From the NCBI RefSeq assembly GCF_006345805.1, contig NC_042998.1:29326001-29390000 (forward strand): a DNA stretch of 64,000 nt, in the 5' to 3' direction. Made by a program: the position numbers and the translations under genes. The stretch is from Octopus sinensis (taxonomy: Eukaryota). The notes below the pieces were generated by a model that did no database searches, was not told the DNA's origin, and was given only the letters and a program-made list of their open reading frames with translations. Shown one piece after another: positions 51,503 through 64,000 of this stretch (position 1 is the first letter of the stretch; every line of letters starts with the position of its first letter).

Positions 51503-51840
51503 CTCCATGTGAATGTATATGTATGTCTTTGCAAATATATATTTACATACACACACACACTCACACTTATGCACACACGCGCACACGCACACACGCGCAC
51601 ACGCACACACGCGCACACGCACAAACACACACTTACACAGGCACTCACGCACTCACGCACACACACACATATATATATACACACACACACGTGCTACCAT
51701 ACGCAAGTAAGTTTTATGTATTCATACTGACAGACAGAAACACACGCATACTCACACACACACACGCACACATATATATATTCGTGTATATATATGTATA
51801 TATACACACACACACACTCACACACTCACACACACGTAAT
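51420..51840. repeat. (CATA)n and CA-rich microsatellites
   Basis: Direct reading. Confidence 0.9.
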
Positions 51841-52062
51841 ATACGTATATTTATAGGTGTCTTAAAGACATAACTCAATGGAATGGAACCTATGTATGAA
51901 TTTGGAGAATTAAGTTAAAGAGTAGATTGAATGATGCACAAAATTAACTCTCAACGCTTTGAAACTATCTTTTGAGCCGACTACTCAAACATTTCATATA
52001 TTCATATAGTCCTAGGCATCCATACGTACATAGATGCATGCGTGCATACATACACGCATATC

Positions 52063-52420
52063 CAGGGTGATTCAAAAGTCGCCATACATAGGAACAATTT
52101 ATCTTTTTTATAAGATACAGTTTATAAGAACAGTTCTTTTTTTATTTCACAGGCTCTATTTATGGTTACTCTTGTTTTGAATACACATTGCAGCACGTTT
52201 ACCCCACTCATTGTGAACTCTTAATATCACATCTGGTGATACTTGTGCAAAGGAGTTGGTGATGCGTTCCTTCAAATGATTTATGTCTTTTATCTCTTTC
52301 CGCAATATACCATGCCTTTCAAATACTCCCAAAGATAGGGGTCAGATCCGGGGATCTTATAAACTGTTTCTTATAAAAAAATATATTTTCCCTATGTATG
52401 GAGACTTTTGAATCACCCTG
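52063..52420 (-). mobile_element. Tc1/mariner non-autonomous element (~360 bp, ~70-bp TIRs)
   Basis: TIR cagggtgattcaaaagtc(g/t)ccatacatagg; interior retains a transposase C-terminus (DLTP..WEYLKGMVY...INHLKERITNSFAQVSPDVILRVHNEW). Confidence 0.88.
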
Positions 52421-52852
52421 TATATAAGCGTACATGTGAGGATATATTCACACACTCACGCACACATACTCTCACATGTATATATACATGAATATATAGA
52501 CAAGCAGCATCTTAGAGATCTCGTTTTCTCACTTCTGTGTAAACCTAATGCAAAAATTGTGCCGGCTTTTGTCTATCCCCATCTCTGTTTTACTATATAT
52601 GCAGTTTAGGATGACTAAATAAGAGCATATTTGGTAATTGAATAAAGCAACTCTAATCTAGCAGTAACTAAATGTATTTCAATAAAAATTTGTGATAGTT
52701 TTTTCGATAAGCTTCTTAGAAGACTGTTCTCTGAATCAGCTTCAGCTTCGTTGACTGCGTAAATGTGGGACCAGATGCATTGGCATGCGTGCACTATGTG
52801 ATCGCTATTCATTTCGGGCATCACTTGAACCAAGGCGGCCTTGGTGAGACTG

Positions 52853-53297
52853 TGGCGAGCTGGCAGAAACGTTAGCATGCCGGGCGAAATGCGTAGCCGT
52901 ATTTCGTCTGCCGTTACGTTGTGAGATCAAATTCCGCCGAGGTCGACTTAGCCTTTCATTCCTTCGGGTCGATAAATTATGTACCAGTTACGCACTGGGG
53001 TCGATATAATCGACTTAATCTGTCTGGCTGTCCTTGTTTGTCTCCTCTGTGTTTAGCCCCTTGTGGGTAGTAAAGAAATAGGTATTAGCACACCGGGCGA
53101 AATGCTTAGCGGTATTTCGTCTGCCGTTACGTTGTGGTTTCAAATTCCGCCGAGGTCGACTTTGCCTTTCATCCTTTCGGGGTCGATAAATTAAGCACCA
53201 GTTACGCACTGGGGTCGATGTAATCGACTTAATACCTATGTCTGTCCATGTGTGTCCCCTCTATGTTTAGCCCCTTGTGGGTAATAAAGAAAAAGGT
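52853..53297 (+). mobile_element. SINE family B tandem dimer
   Basis: Tail aaataggtatt runs directly into agcacaccgggcgaaatgc of the second unit. Confidence 0.9.
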
Positions 53298-53309
53298 ATT
53301 GTCATAATG

Positions 53310-53900
53310 TCGGTTAGACTGTCTTTCACCAACGCTCCCTCCAGATGTAGTAATCCGTGTAATTTGAATCTAGTGAGTTTTGGAGGCCACGGGTTTGGTG
53401 TTATTCGGTTGTAAACGTTGTCTGACGTCATACCTGTTTCATGGATTTTGCGAAAAGATGTTGAATGTTGTTGAAGCAAGTATGGCCATCTACTAGATAT
53501 GTCATCCTTCCAGGACTTACCACTGTCAGAGCACCTCAATGTATCCAACGCTATTAATTCTAAGACCCTGTGGAAAAACGAGAGGTGGCATGACATGGCA
53601 TGCCTTACTTACCACTCCTAAAACAATTATGGTTGCTTTAAACAAATTATGCATCATTCTGAGGTCATTAGAACGATCTGAACATAGCCATCTGCCATTT
53701 CGTCTCTTAGGCTTCTGGTATTAGTCGAAGTTTTCTCATCAGTGAAAAACCAGAGCTTGCCATGTTCGTGAGAGTGTTTAACCTTTTTACGTGAACGCAT
53801 GGAGTAAACGGTTTTCTTATCTCATTGCAGACATGAATTATCCTCCCTTCTCTGCATACGGCTTGTATCGAATGTAATCGTGCACACCTGACACCTGAAG
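53310..53900 (-). pseudogene. Degenerate Tc1/mariner transposase, maT (DD37D)-like
   Basis: LWFFTDEK; IVLGVVSKACHVMPPLVFPQGLRINSVGYIEVL; WPP(N)SLDSNYTDYYIW with frameshifts. Confidence 0.75.
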
Positions 53901-53984
53901 TGTTTGGCGACGGACTTCATTACTTTTCTGGAATCATCATCGAAAATATTTCAAGCCAACTAGATGAATTTCAGTTTCCTTATA

Positions 53985-54170
53985 GCGTTCTAATATTTAG
54001 AATGTCCTAATATTTAGAATGTCCTAATATTTAGAATTCCACCGAGGTTGACTTTGCCTTTCTGGGTCGATAAATTAAGTTCAATTTGCCTACTGGATCT
54101 GGGTCGATCTTATCGACTGGCCTCTTCCCCCAAAATTTCGGGCCTTGTGCCTAGAGTAGGAAACAATATT
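53985..54170 (+). mobile_element. SINE B2 remnant with an internal 17-bp tandem repeat (ctaatatttagaatgtc x~3)
   Basis: gcgttct[repeat]ttccaccgaggttgactttgcc...ggccttgtgcctagagtag. Confidence 0.7.
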
Positions 54171-54664
54171 CCTGTTTATGTGTACAATACTGAGTTTTGT
54201 TCCATAAGTGTGAATCAGAAGCAGGCTTGAATCTGGTTGGGAGTGTGTCTATTTACTTAAGTTGCGTATAATGGTTTTTGTGGGGTTGATTCAGTTAGTT
54301 GAAGTGTTATGCATAAATTTGTATCTATCGTTTTTAGAGTGGAATAATTGTTTCCCGACGTAATATTGACAACTATAATTTAAGCAACTTGCTTGCTAAT
54401 ATTGGTTATGAATTAGCAAATATTTAGAAGTTGTAGAATACAGGTTTAATAATTTCCTTTTTATAAATGCTTATATTTGAACGAATAAATTATCACATGT
54501 GCTCCATCTTTAGCAGGTTTTAGGTGCACACAACACAATGTTTTGATATGAACAGCAGTAATATTAACCATTTGAGCCCGGACCTCCTGAACCTTATTTG
54601 ATCATACACCTGGCTTCAAGATGCACTCCACCGGTAGAAATGTGCTACGGTTTAGAGAAAATTA

Positions 54665-54900
54665 AGGCGGCGAGCTGGCAGAAACGTTAGCACGCCGGGC
54701 CAAATGCGTAGCCGTATTTCGTCTGTCGTTACGTTGTGAGTTCAAATTCTGCCAAGGTCGACTTTGCCTTTCATCCTTCCGGGGTCGATTAAATAAGTTC
54801 CAGTTACGCACTGGGGTCGATATAATCGACTTAATAACTATTTCTGTCCTTGTTTGTCTTCTCTGTGTTTAGCCCCTTGTGGGTAATAAAGAAATAGGTA
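54665..54900 (+). mobile_element. SINE family B
   Basis: Near-consensus; candidate TSD tagagaaaa. Confidence 0.92.
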
Positions 54901-55404
54901 TAGAGAAAAATAAGTCATCCACCGGTAAACCGGTGTTACGGGCTGGAAATGATGTAGAATAAGAATAACTATCAGGCTTAAAAAATAACAAATACTGAAT
55001 CCGATTCATTCGACTAAAAATGTTACTAGGTGGTGTCCCATTATGGCAGCAATGTAATGACTGAAACAAGTAAAAGGTAAAAGTTAATGGGAAATGTGTT
55101 TAGTAATTAAAGATATTACACAAATTAATAAAAAGTATAATATGTAATGTACAATACAAAATACGAAAGCGTGCTTGTGTTAGTGTGGGAATAACAGGAA
55201 TGTTTTGGGAGCCCCTTCTGAACGCATCTACGACAAACGATATATCCACCTCAACTTTAGAATAACACAGATACACACGCAAATATTACATTCCTAAGAA
55301 TCCATTAAAAATCAGCCCCAGTCACAGCTATAACCCACAACGTGCCAACTTTAAGTCATCCAACATTCCACTACTTCCACTCATTCATATTCTCCCTTCT
55401 TTTT

Positions 55405-55452
55405 CTCCTCCTTCTTCTTCTTCTCTTCTTCTTCTTCTTTTTCTTCTTCTTC
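55405..55452. repeat. (TTC)n microsatellite
   Basis: Direct reading. Confidence 0.9.
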
Positions 55453-55629
55453 TTCTTCTTCTTCTTCTTCCCTACCAAGAATTCACATGGACCTTGAACC
55501 CATAAGATTAGACAAGAGAGACAGAGAAAGGTAGAAACAAGGAAAATGCCACTTGTATTGGAACACTATACAAATATTCTGTTAAAAAAACTTTTCTTTC
55601 AATTTTTCTAAATTTAATTTTTTAATTGT

Positions 55630-55675
55630 TACATTTGAAAAGGTCTCAAATGGCCGAAACCGGTACTGAAATGTA
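55630..55675 (+). ncRNA. Degenerate hammerhead-like motif with U3-A8 core (UUGAAAA)
   Basis: UACAU-UUGAAAA-GGUC(ucaaau)GGCC-GAAAC-CG-GUA-cugaa-AUGUA; stem I is offset by 5 nt. Confidence 0.4.
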
Positions 55676-55716
55676 CTTCATAAAATTATTTTAGCATTTT
55701 CTATCTTGACTTGTTT

Positions 55717-55795
<79 letters not shown>

Positions 55796-55976
55796 GTATG
55801 TATCACATTTATGTGCTTACTCCGGTATACATATATTAAGGAGATGTACTTGCATAACAAGTAACATAGTCTGAAATCATGTGCTGAAACAAAAACAATT
55901 GCAGCGTGGAAGGTGTTTGTAAACCATCTAAAAACACACAAAATCCCTTAGATTTTTCACTTGAACATTTAATATG

Positions 55977-56078
55977 TGTCAAAATATTTTCGTCGCTTTC
56001 AAACCGCGACCTGTTCACTAACAAAAATCCGTACCAGTGAACAGGTCGTGGTTTCAAAGCGACGAAAATATTTCGACA
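55977..56078. ncRNA. Inverted pair of hammerhead-like motifs with G3-C8 core (GUGAACA)
   Basis: Minus 55977-56023: UGUUA-GUGAACA-G-GUCGC/GCGAC-GAAA-AUAUUU-UGACA; plus copy ~56033-56078 has a damaged stem I; ~43-bp arms, 16-nt spacer. Confidence 0.55.
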
Positions 56079-56157
56079 AATTAAATTTCATGCAGCATAT
56101 ATATCTAGATCGTTAGCTCCTACACGCATTTTTTTCTCTCCTTGTATTTTCTGTGTA

Positions 56158-56195
56158 TCTTTCTGTCGAAGAGCGTAGGCTCGAAACGTAAAAGA
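56158..56195 (+). ncRNA. Hammerhead-like motif (core CUGUCGA) in a Penelope-like terminal repeat
   Basis: UCUUU-CUGUCGA-A-GAGC(guag)GCUC-GAAAC-GUA-AAAGA. Confidence 0.5.
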
Positions 56196-56289
56196 CTTTT
56201 TCTATTTCTATTCCTGAGCGCTATACTAATACATTTGTTTGTTTGACTCCACCTGCCTTCGTCTTTTGTTTATTTTGTAAAATTTCCCG

Positions 56290-56352
<63 letters not shown>

Positions 56353-56438
56353 CCAGTTTCAGCTCATGAGCTGTGGCCATGCTGGGGCACCGCCATTTGG
56401 TGTCGCTACTTGGTTTCACTTCATGGAGGCTTTCTAGC

Positions 56439-56505
<67 letters not shown>

Positions 56506-56509
56506 TAAG

Positions 56510-56622
56510 TTGTAAAAAATTAAGTAGTGAGTACGATTCATTCGATTAAAAATTCTTCATGGAGGTGCCCCAGCATGGCCGCAGTCTAATGACTTAAACA
56601 TGTGAAACCATAAAAGACAAAA
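56510..56622 (+). mobile_element. SINE A-related 3' fragment
   Basis: gattcattcgattaaaaattcttcatggaggtgccccagcatggccgcagtctaatgact. Confidence 0.7.
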
Positions 56623-57435
56623 GAACTGTTAGTAGACCCAAGGCATCGATCTTGCTTACTCGAGCTCGCTTGTTGTGTGTATCTAAGTACAGCAGCAGAA
56701 TATTTTCGGTTATCCTTATCCATTAGTAATACTTTAAAAAGTTCTTTGTGAAGAATCTAATAAGTCTAAGTGGAAGTTAAAAAGAGATTTATTAGCAAAA
56801 GCAATTTCTTATCTCCCCTGTGCACATAGTTTCCAAATATTTCGGAGCCAGAATATGATTTAGGAACGTAAGAACTTTCATTTACAATTGAAATTTATGT
56901 TTGTATTTAAGAACATTCGTGATTTAAAAGTTGGTTTGTTATTCGTTTGGCTCTTCAGTCTGAGGAAACCAATGTTACTCAAGTGATGTATACCAGTAAT
57001 ATTTACACATATCGTAATTTTAAATGATTCTCCTCTCTTTTACTGTGTTAAAGCAACTCGAATTTGAATTTGAATTTCTGCTTTCAGCCTTGAAGTTAAT
57101 GCACCCTCCGCATAAATATTCATCTTCTTGCACTTTTCCATATATGAGATCATAAATTTAATTTTTACTCGGTAAGTTTATCGTATCCGTAAACGCACTT
57201 AACTCTCGACTTAAGTGTCATTTATTTTGGCAACACCGTCTTCTTCTCATTATATTTTCACGCTGTTATCCACATGCATTTGCAAACGAAAATATTAATA
57301 TATTTCGATTTAGCCACAATAATTTCTCAATATCACAATCAGTTCAGTCATATATCTTTCGTTATGCCTTTTTCAGTAACTAGAGAAACACGTGCATAGA
57401 AATGGAATTTTGTTGATAGACTTACCAGATGTGAG

Positions 57436-57712
<277 letters not shown>

Positions 57713-59080
57713 AGTTAGTTAGTTAATTTTTTGACTCAAAAAGCAAAAAAGCAAGGCCATGTAGGGGGATATGGAGTTATGTATAGGGTGGTGTTCATGT
57801 AAAGAGTTCAGGCCGCTTGTGGTCAAGGGAGACTTTGAACCGAGTGGTCGTCGGCATTTTCACCAACTCGTCCGGCAGCTTATTCCACGGATCCGCAACC
57901 CGGACGGAGAAAGCCCTTCTCCTTCGATTGAGATGAAATCGTCGCGGATAGAGCTTTTCGGAATGACCCCGCAGCCGACGCTCTGGAGCAGGAGTGAAGA
58001 ACAGCTCCTTCGAAAGGTTACACTTTCCGCTTATGATGTTGTGAGCAAGAATGAGATCACCACGGCGTCGTCGTTTTTCTAGAGAATAAAGGTCGGGCGT
58101 CTTCAGCCTTTCTTCATAAGACAAATTCTTGAGACCAAGAACCATGCGGGTAGCCAGCTTCTGGACTCTTTCGAGATGCTGTATGTCTTTGAGGAGATAA
58201 GGAGGAGAGGCTTGAATGCCGTACTCCAATATGGGTCTCACCAGCGTGACATAGAGCGGTAGGAATATGGCTGCTGTGAGCATTCCGAATGACCGTCGAA
58301 TCAAGAACAGAACTCCGCATGCTTTGTTGGCAGCATGGACGCACTGGGCCGTAGGCGAAAAGGAGGAATCCACCAAGATACCCAGGTCCTTCACCTGATC
58401 GGTCCTCTCCAGCAGCAGACGACCCGGTTGCAGGAGGAGAGTTGAGTTGCAGGAGGAGAGCCAACAGGCAGATGACACCAAATTTGGTGGAGGCATCGAC
58501 GAAGATCCTCTATATCACCGCGAGGAGCGACCAGTTTGACATCGTCGGCAAATAGAAGGGTGTGTTGCGTGAGGTCGTCGGGCAAGTCATTTATGACGAC
58601 TAAGAACAATAAGGGCCCAAGCACTGAACCTTGAGGCACGCCACTGCTCGCACTGGAGACGTCGGACCGCGAACCATTAACTTGGACTTGGAATGAGCGA
58701 TCTGAGAGGAAGGCACCAAACCATCGTACAATATCCGGATGGAAACTATATGCTTGAAGCTTGACAAGTAATAGGCGGTGGTTTACCGAATCAAAAGCTT
58801 TGGCATAGTCCAATAAAACGATGTCACCAGCATCACTATCATCGAGGATGCGCGTCACCAATTTTTCCATTACCAGTAAGTTGGTCAAGCATGATCTCTT
58901 CGGCACGAAACCGTGTTGGGAGTCAGAGATAGAGGCTGTGTTTTGGAGGTGGAGCAGCATCATACTTTTCTTAAGGATGTTTTCGAACATCTTGCTGATT
59001 ATTGATGTAAGAGAAACTGGTCGGTAGTTAAGCTGGTCTTCGCGGCTCCCTTTCTTGAAAATTGGGCAGATAATCGCTGT
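57713..59080 (-). mobile_element. 5'-truncated CR1-clade LINE (RT and C-terminus, frameshifted), (AACT)n tail
   Basis: NYRPVSLTS, QHGF, DYAKAFDSVNH, GVPQGSVLGPLLF, LFADD, KDLGI, LYVTLVRPILEY, LERVQKLATR, SYEERL, RRRRGDLI, PWNKLP. Confidence 0.95.
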
Positions 59081-59109
59081 CCTATCTATCTAACATTCTA
59101 TATCTACAT

Positions 59110-59226
59110 TCATACGTACATACATACATACATACATACACACATACATACATACATACATACATACATACATACATACACATACATACATACATACATA
59201 CATACATACATACATACATACATACA

Positions 59227-59256
<30 letters not shown>
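59110..59256. repeat. (CATA)n microsatellite
   Basis: Direct reading. Confidence 0.95.
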
Positions 59257-59259
<3 letters not shown>

Positions 59260-60879
59260 TCACGAAGTTTTAGAGATTTTTCATCTGGCAATTTTTAATT
59301 TAGAAAAATTACTATTTTTAAATCTCACAACGTGAAATATTCAGCAACAGCACCTTTTAGTAAAGATTTCTTACCAACATAATCTGGCAGTCCTGGTTTA
59401 GGACCAATGTTGCTGTAATTCAGCCTCAGGAGACATCGTCCCAAGCTGGCCATGCGACACGATCTGTGTCCTTATATTTTCGAACAAGAGACTGCCATGT
59501 TATGTTGGCAAACAATCTTTACTACAATTTTTAATTTGTTTGGTTGATTTCCAACGAACCAGTTCATATATACCATGGATACTGAATTAAATAAATTCAT
59601 GGTCGTATCTATATAAGTAGCGGTGATAGTCGTTTGTATTTGGTTTTATGGTATGTTAGCGTATTATCATGTTGGTTTTATACTTGTGATTTTAGTTTTC
59701 GCTCTGATATTTTCTCGATGTGACATCTTTTATGTTCTGCATTTGTGCTTTCTCTGGATCTGGCATCAACTAACTAAACGGCTATAGAATGGTTGAATTA
59801 TGGAGACAGTTTTCCGAAATTATTGTCTCTAAAGCTCGGAAATACGAGTCCAGACAAAACTGGCGTCAAAAGAAAATTCTGGAAATGAAAGTAAAAATAG
59901 GAATAAGAAAAATACAAGAAACAACGATCACATATACAAGCACCACCAGGAATTAACGCTGAAACGTATCACACGCAGATATACTCACACATATGCTCAC
60001 AGAAATCAACAAATATCTTTGCTGTCACCATCCCCTATAGAATACGGCATCCTAACATCTTGCTACAACTGACACACATGTACTGACGCAATCGCTGTCG
60101 CCGGTAGCAGTATTGACATCTTCATTGCGCAGACATAACTCAGAAGAAGAACACACGCTCAGTCACACAAAAATGAATTAACACACTTCAGAACAACATA
60201 GAGGCAGAGAGACCAGTGTATTGCCAATGGAGTATGATGAAAGTCTCACATACTAAAGAACAGCAACAGATAAATGCTAAGTATCTCAAATAAAATTCAT
60301 AATCTGAGTAGGTGTGTGTGTGTGTGTTTAAAGTATGAAAGGTCAACCGCAGTTCTGAATTATATATATGTATATATATATAGAAAAGCTTGTGATTTCC
60401 TGTTAGTCAACAAGAACTGGATATTCCCTCGGAGCATAAACGATTGATGGTACCGCTAGAGGCAGGGATATTAAAATTGTTATAAAATCTAGTCGGAAGC
60501 TTAGAAATGGAATGCAAATATCTCAACCATTCATTCAATGCTTACCACGTTCGCAACTCTTAGCTTTACCTTCATCTTGTGTTTTCAAGTCCTTTTAAAC
60601 ATATACTTTAGTACATATATAGATTACTTTTTTCTCTTTTGAGAACGGCTGCTGATTTGAACGGATGTATCTTATCGTAAGTGTCGCCTCAATTTTCCTA
60701 TCAGAACTCAAAGTATCAGAACAGATTCTGCAAAGTACAGTTTCTGACCCGTAACGTATATATATATATATATGTTATTGTGTACATACACACATGGATT
60801 ATGAAATACAGTTTGTAGTATAGGATTTAGGTTTTGGTCCTTCAAGTTTCACCAAATAAACAGCAACATAATCCTTGGT

Positions 60880-61075
60880 TCTATAGGTTCAGGTTTTCTT
60901 CCATAGGTTTGGAGAGGGGTAACTCAATTTCATCGATGTTATTACTTGACTAATTGTCCTCAAAAGAATGAAAAATAAAGTCGACGTCAGCGGAATTTGA
61001 ACTTTGGACGTAAAACCAAAAGAAATGTCACTAAGAATTTTGTCCAGCGTGCCAACTATTCTAGTAGCTTCCCCC
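60880..61075 (-). mobile_element. Old SINE B2 copy
   Basis: Reverse complement contains ttcaaattccgctgacgtcgactttatttttcattc and atcgatg. Confidence 0.6.
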
Positions 61076-63487
61076 AAAATATCATGTGTTCAAACTATTG
61101 GTCAAACAAATAACATCATCTTGCTTTTGTTTACACACTATTTGTGCGTATGGTCACATTCTTCCATGCGTATCGGAAGATTATGAAAGGAAGATAACTA
61201 TATATCTAATCAGTATAATTTCCATTGAAATAATCTTCCAAACTAGCAACAGCTTTTATTATATTATAATGAATAGGACAATAGCTGGCCATTCAGCAAA
61301 ACGACATGTATGGGCAAGTGTTTTGTGTGCATGTATTTACACTGTCGTCTGCTCTTTTTCATATCCCAGAATTTCAGTTTTACACAGCTGACGAAAATAG
61401 TAGGAACAAATGGCAATGGCATAGATTTTTAAACGATCGTCCTTGACTTGCCAGGGAAGGAGGAACACACTTTGGTTCCAACACCATTATATGTGATACC
61501 TGTGGAATGGAAAGGGAAAATCAAGTGCTGAAAGTGCAAAGGTTTGCTTTTGAATAAGTTGCTGTACACAGTAGCCATTTTGGACAATCTGTCTGGCGTT
61601 GACCGCTTTTGTATCTTCAGGCGTTTTTACAGAACAACTTTTACTCTGTTCCCATCCGTTGTGCTCTTCAAATGCTGTTGGTAGTGTCCAGCTTCTATTG
61701 CTTTTCTTGACCTTACTGCCATGGATGGCCTGAAGAGGAGTACTAGAATACCAAGGCTATTTTGCCAATGTACAGTACTTGTATATTTGTATGTTTCAAA
61801 AAGTTTATTTGAATGTATTTGAGAAGTGATCATGTATACAAGTCGACCGAAATCATGTATATTTGGGCTCAGAGATGAGGTTTATATACATTCCAGGAGA
61901 ATATTCAAAGCACTATGAAAAGGATCTCATCGGTTTGTAGCGTTCAAACTTTTTCTGAAGATGAGATAATTGATAAATCGGTTATAGATACACACACACA
62001 CACACGCACGTACGCCCCCCCCCCAACACACACAAACACACACATACACACACACACACAAGCACGCACGAACCCTTGCGTGCATATTGATAGATAAATC
62101 TGTTCGTGGATGCAACTGATAACAAGTTATCAAACAATTTGATAGTAAAGGTATTTAACCAGATCGAACGTGAGATAAATATTTATCACCATATAAAAAT
62201 ATGCATAAATGCAATATTGCATCAATACGTTAACAACGAAAATAATACACGAGAAACAGAATATGAAAAAAAAAAAATGTTTCGAGACAGAAAACAGTGT
62301 TTGGGTAAATAAACATTTTACACTCATTGCGTTAATAACGCTAATTTATTGGGCAGAAATTATACGCTTTATGAATATACAATTTAAGTATTGGCTTTTA
62401 CTTCTGTCACACCCATCTTTTCTTTCTGCCTAGACGTAGCTTTACAAAGTTTAGCCGCAGTTATAATGAGTTACTTAGCCACCTACAATTTGTAAACGAG
62501 CGCAAGAAAGATAATGATTACATAATGCTTCAGAGACGAGAATTAGATCGAACACTCACCAATCACCATTCAAAATTATAGAGTAGTTTACACATTCTAT
62601 ATGAGAGTATAGAACACTAGAACTATCTGTATTATTATTTTTAATTGGTATACAAGCTTGTTTGACCATCAGTTTACAATTGTTAATCATATACTTTTAA
62701 AATTTTATACGTTATAATTTTTTTAAAAATTTTAATATTAATTTAAACATTGCTTTTCATGAAGTTAAGCACTTCCTACTCACCACCACAATTCTTTATT
62801 CTGTATATTTCATGGCAAACCAAATGCAAAGGCGCCATTAGATTTAATCTTTGTGTCAGTATGGATGTTCGGTTCTCAGAGAACTTTATTAATCATTGCC
62901 AATCATAGTAATTTCAGGAATATGCAAATCTCTACTGGGATAGAAGTATTGTTCAAAACTGAAAACATTTTTCTAATATTCAGATTGAGAAAATATTTAG
63001 TTCTACTCACGAACATTGACATAATACTTACCACTAAAAATGAAATACAACGACATTGTCTAACCATGAATCCCAGAGCTTGTCTTTATCGACAGATGGA
63101 TAATAACATGACCAAAAATACAATGATTGTTTCCGTGCATAATGTTCAGCTTTCGTGAGCGAGCTTCATATATTTTTGTTTATAATCTATTTACGAGAAT
63201 TCATACGAATCGCTACAGTTCAGCAGAAATGTACACAATACCAATTTCTCAAATGTCTCCTGATTGTAATAATGGCAAGTTCTTTTGTCATATATTCACC
63301 TTATATAATTTTTTATGGTCTATTTAACTTCCAGCAAGTCTAGTTCAAATATTTAAACGTTATTGTACAATATATATATATATATATATAAAAGGAAATG
63401 AAGAAAATGCTGACAAATAATTGAAGTAATTTAAGTAATTTAATTAGGTGAAAGTTCTTTTTACCGGTTGCGCATTTGTTATGCTTA

Positions 63488-63640
63488 ATTTCCGCCGAGG
63501 TCGACTTTGCCTTTCATCCTTTCGGGGTCGATAAATTAAGTATCAGTTACCCACTGGGGTCGATATAATCGACTTAATCCGTCTGTCTGTCCTTGTTTGT
63601 CCCCTCTGTGTTTAGCCCCTTGAGGGTAATAAAGAAATAA
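63488..63640 (+). mobile_element. 5'-truncated SINE family B
   Basis: ccgccgaggtcgactttgcctttcatcc...agccccttgagggtaataaagaaataag. Confidence 0.9.
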
Positions 63641-64000
63641 GTATACAAAATGTCAGCCTTCATGCCACTGTATATATTTGATGTCGGTTCCAAGTAGAGA
63701 TTTTTCTTCACTTAGCGAATTTCTGCACTTCCAACCACAATTCGGTCATGTGCTTCCTTTTGTGGACTGCACATATTTTGTTTTAAGAGCAGCATCTCCT
63801 AAAACCACAGCACTGCATTTAACTGAACGCTATCGAACGCTTTCTATAATTCAAGAAAGAGACCCAGAGAGGTAGCTTACACCTTTTTGCACATCCCAAA
63901 CAGTGTCTTAGAGTGAATAAGTGATCTAATGTAAATCCACGAAAATTCACCTGCTCCCTCAGCAGTCGACCGTCAAGAAGTTTTGATTTTCTGACGACTA

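Noticed and set aside
61615-61745. Possible exon after tcttcag
   Set aside because: All three frames stop before a donor site; no recognisable protein.

Overview
AT-rich, repeat-saturated eukaryotic DNA in which I recognise no host protein-coding exon. The repeat landscape (very dense TA/CA/TACA/GATA microsatellites, several tRNA-headed SINE families, R4/Dong-, RTE-, CR1- and Penelope-type retroelements, mariner/Tc1 relics) suggests an intron or intergenic region of a cephalopod, probably Octopus; this is inference, not a database match. Coding potential is confined to broken transposon ORFs: a near-complete DD34D mariner (44.8-46.0 kb), other mariner/maT relics, CR1 RT (57.7-59.1 kb), an R4/Dong REL-endonuclease end (48.1-49.1 kb), a rearranged RTE (21.7-23.5 kb) and gag-like ORF1 relics (24.9-26.2 kb, 43 kb). 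Most other ORFs in the track are translated microsatellites. Best leads: (1) minimal type-I hammerhead-ribozyme-like motifs on short TA-embedded elements, often as inverted pairs, whose core positions 3 and 8 covary (C-G, G-C, U-A); (2) an apparently ORF1-only retroelement sharing its 3' tail with the commonest SINE; (3) foldback palindromes in TA tracts; (4) a MITE with two different SINEs at mirror-image sites; (5) LINEs sitting in specific microsatellites. All alignments and folds were done by eye, boundaries are approximate, and SINE family letters A-E are my own labels.
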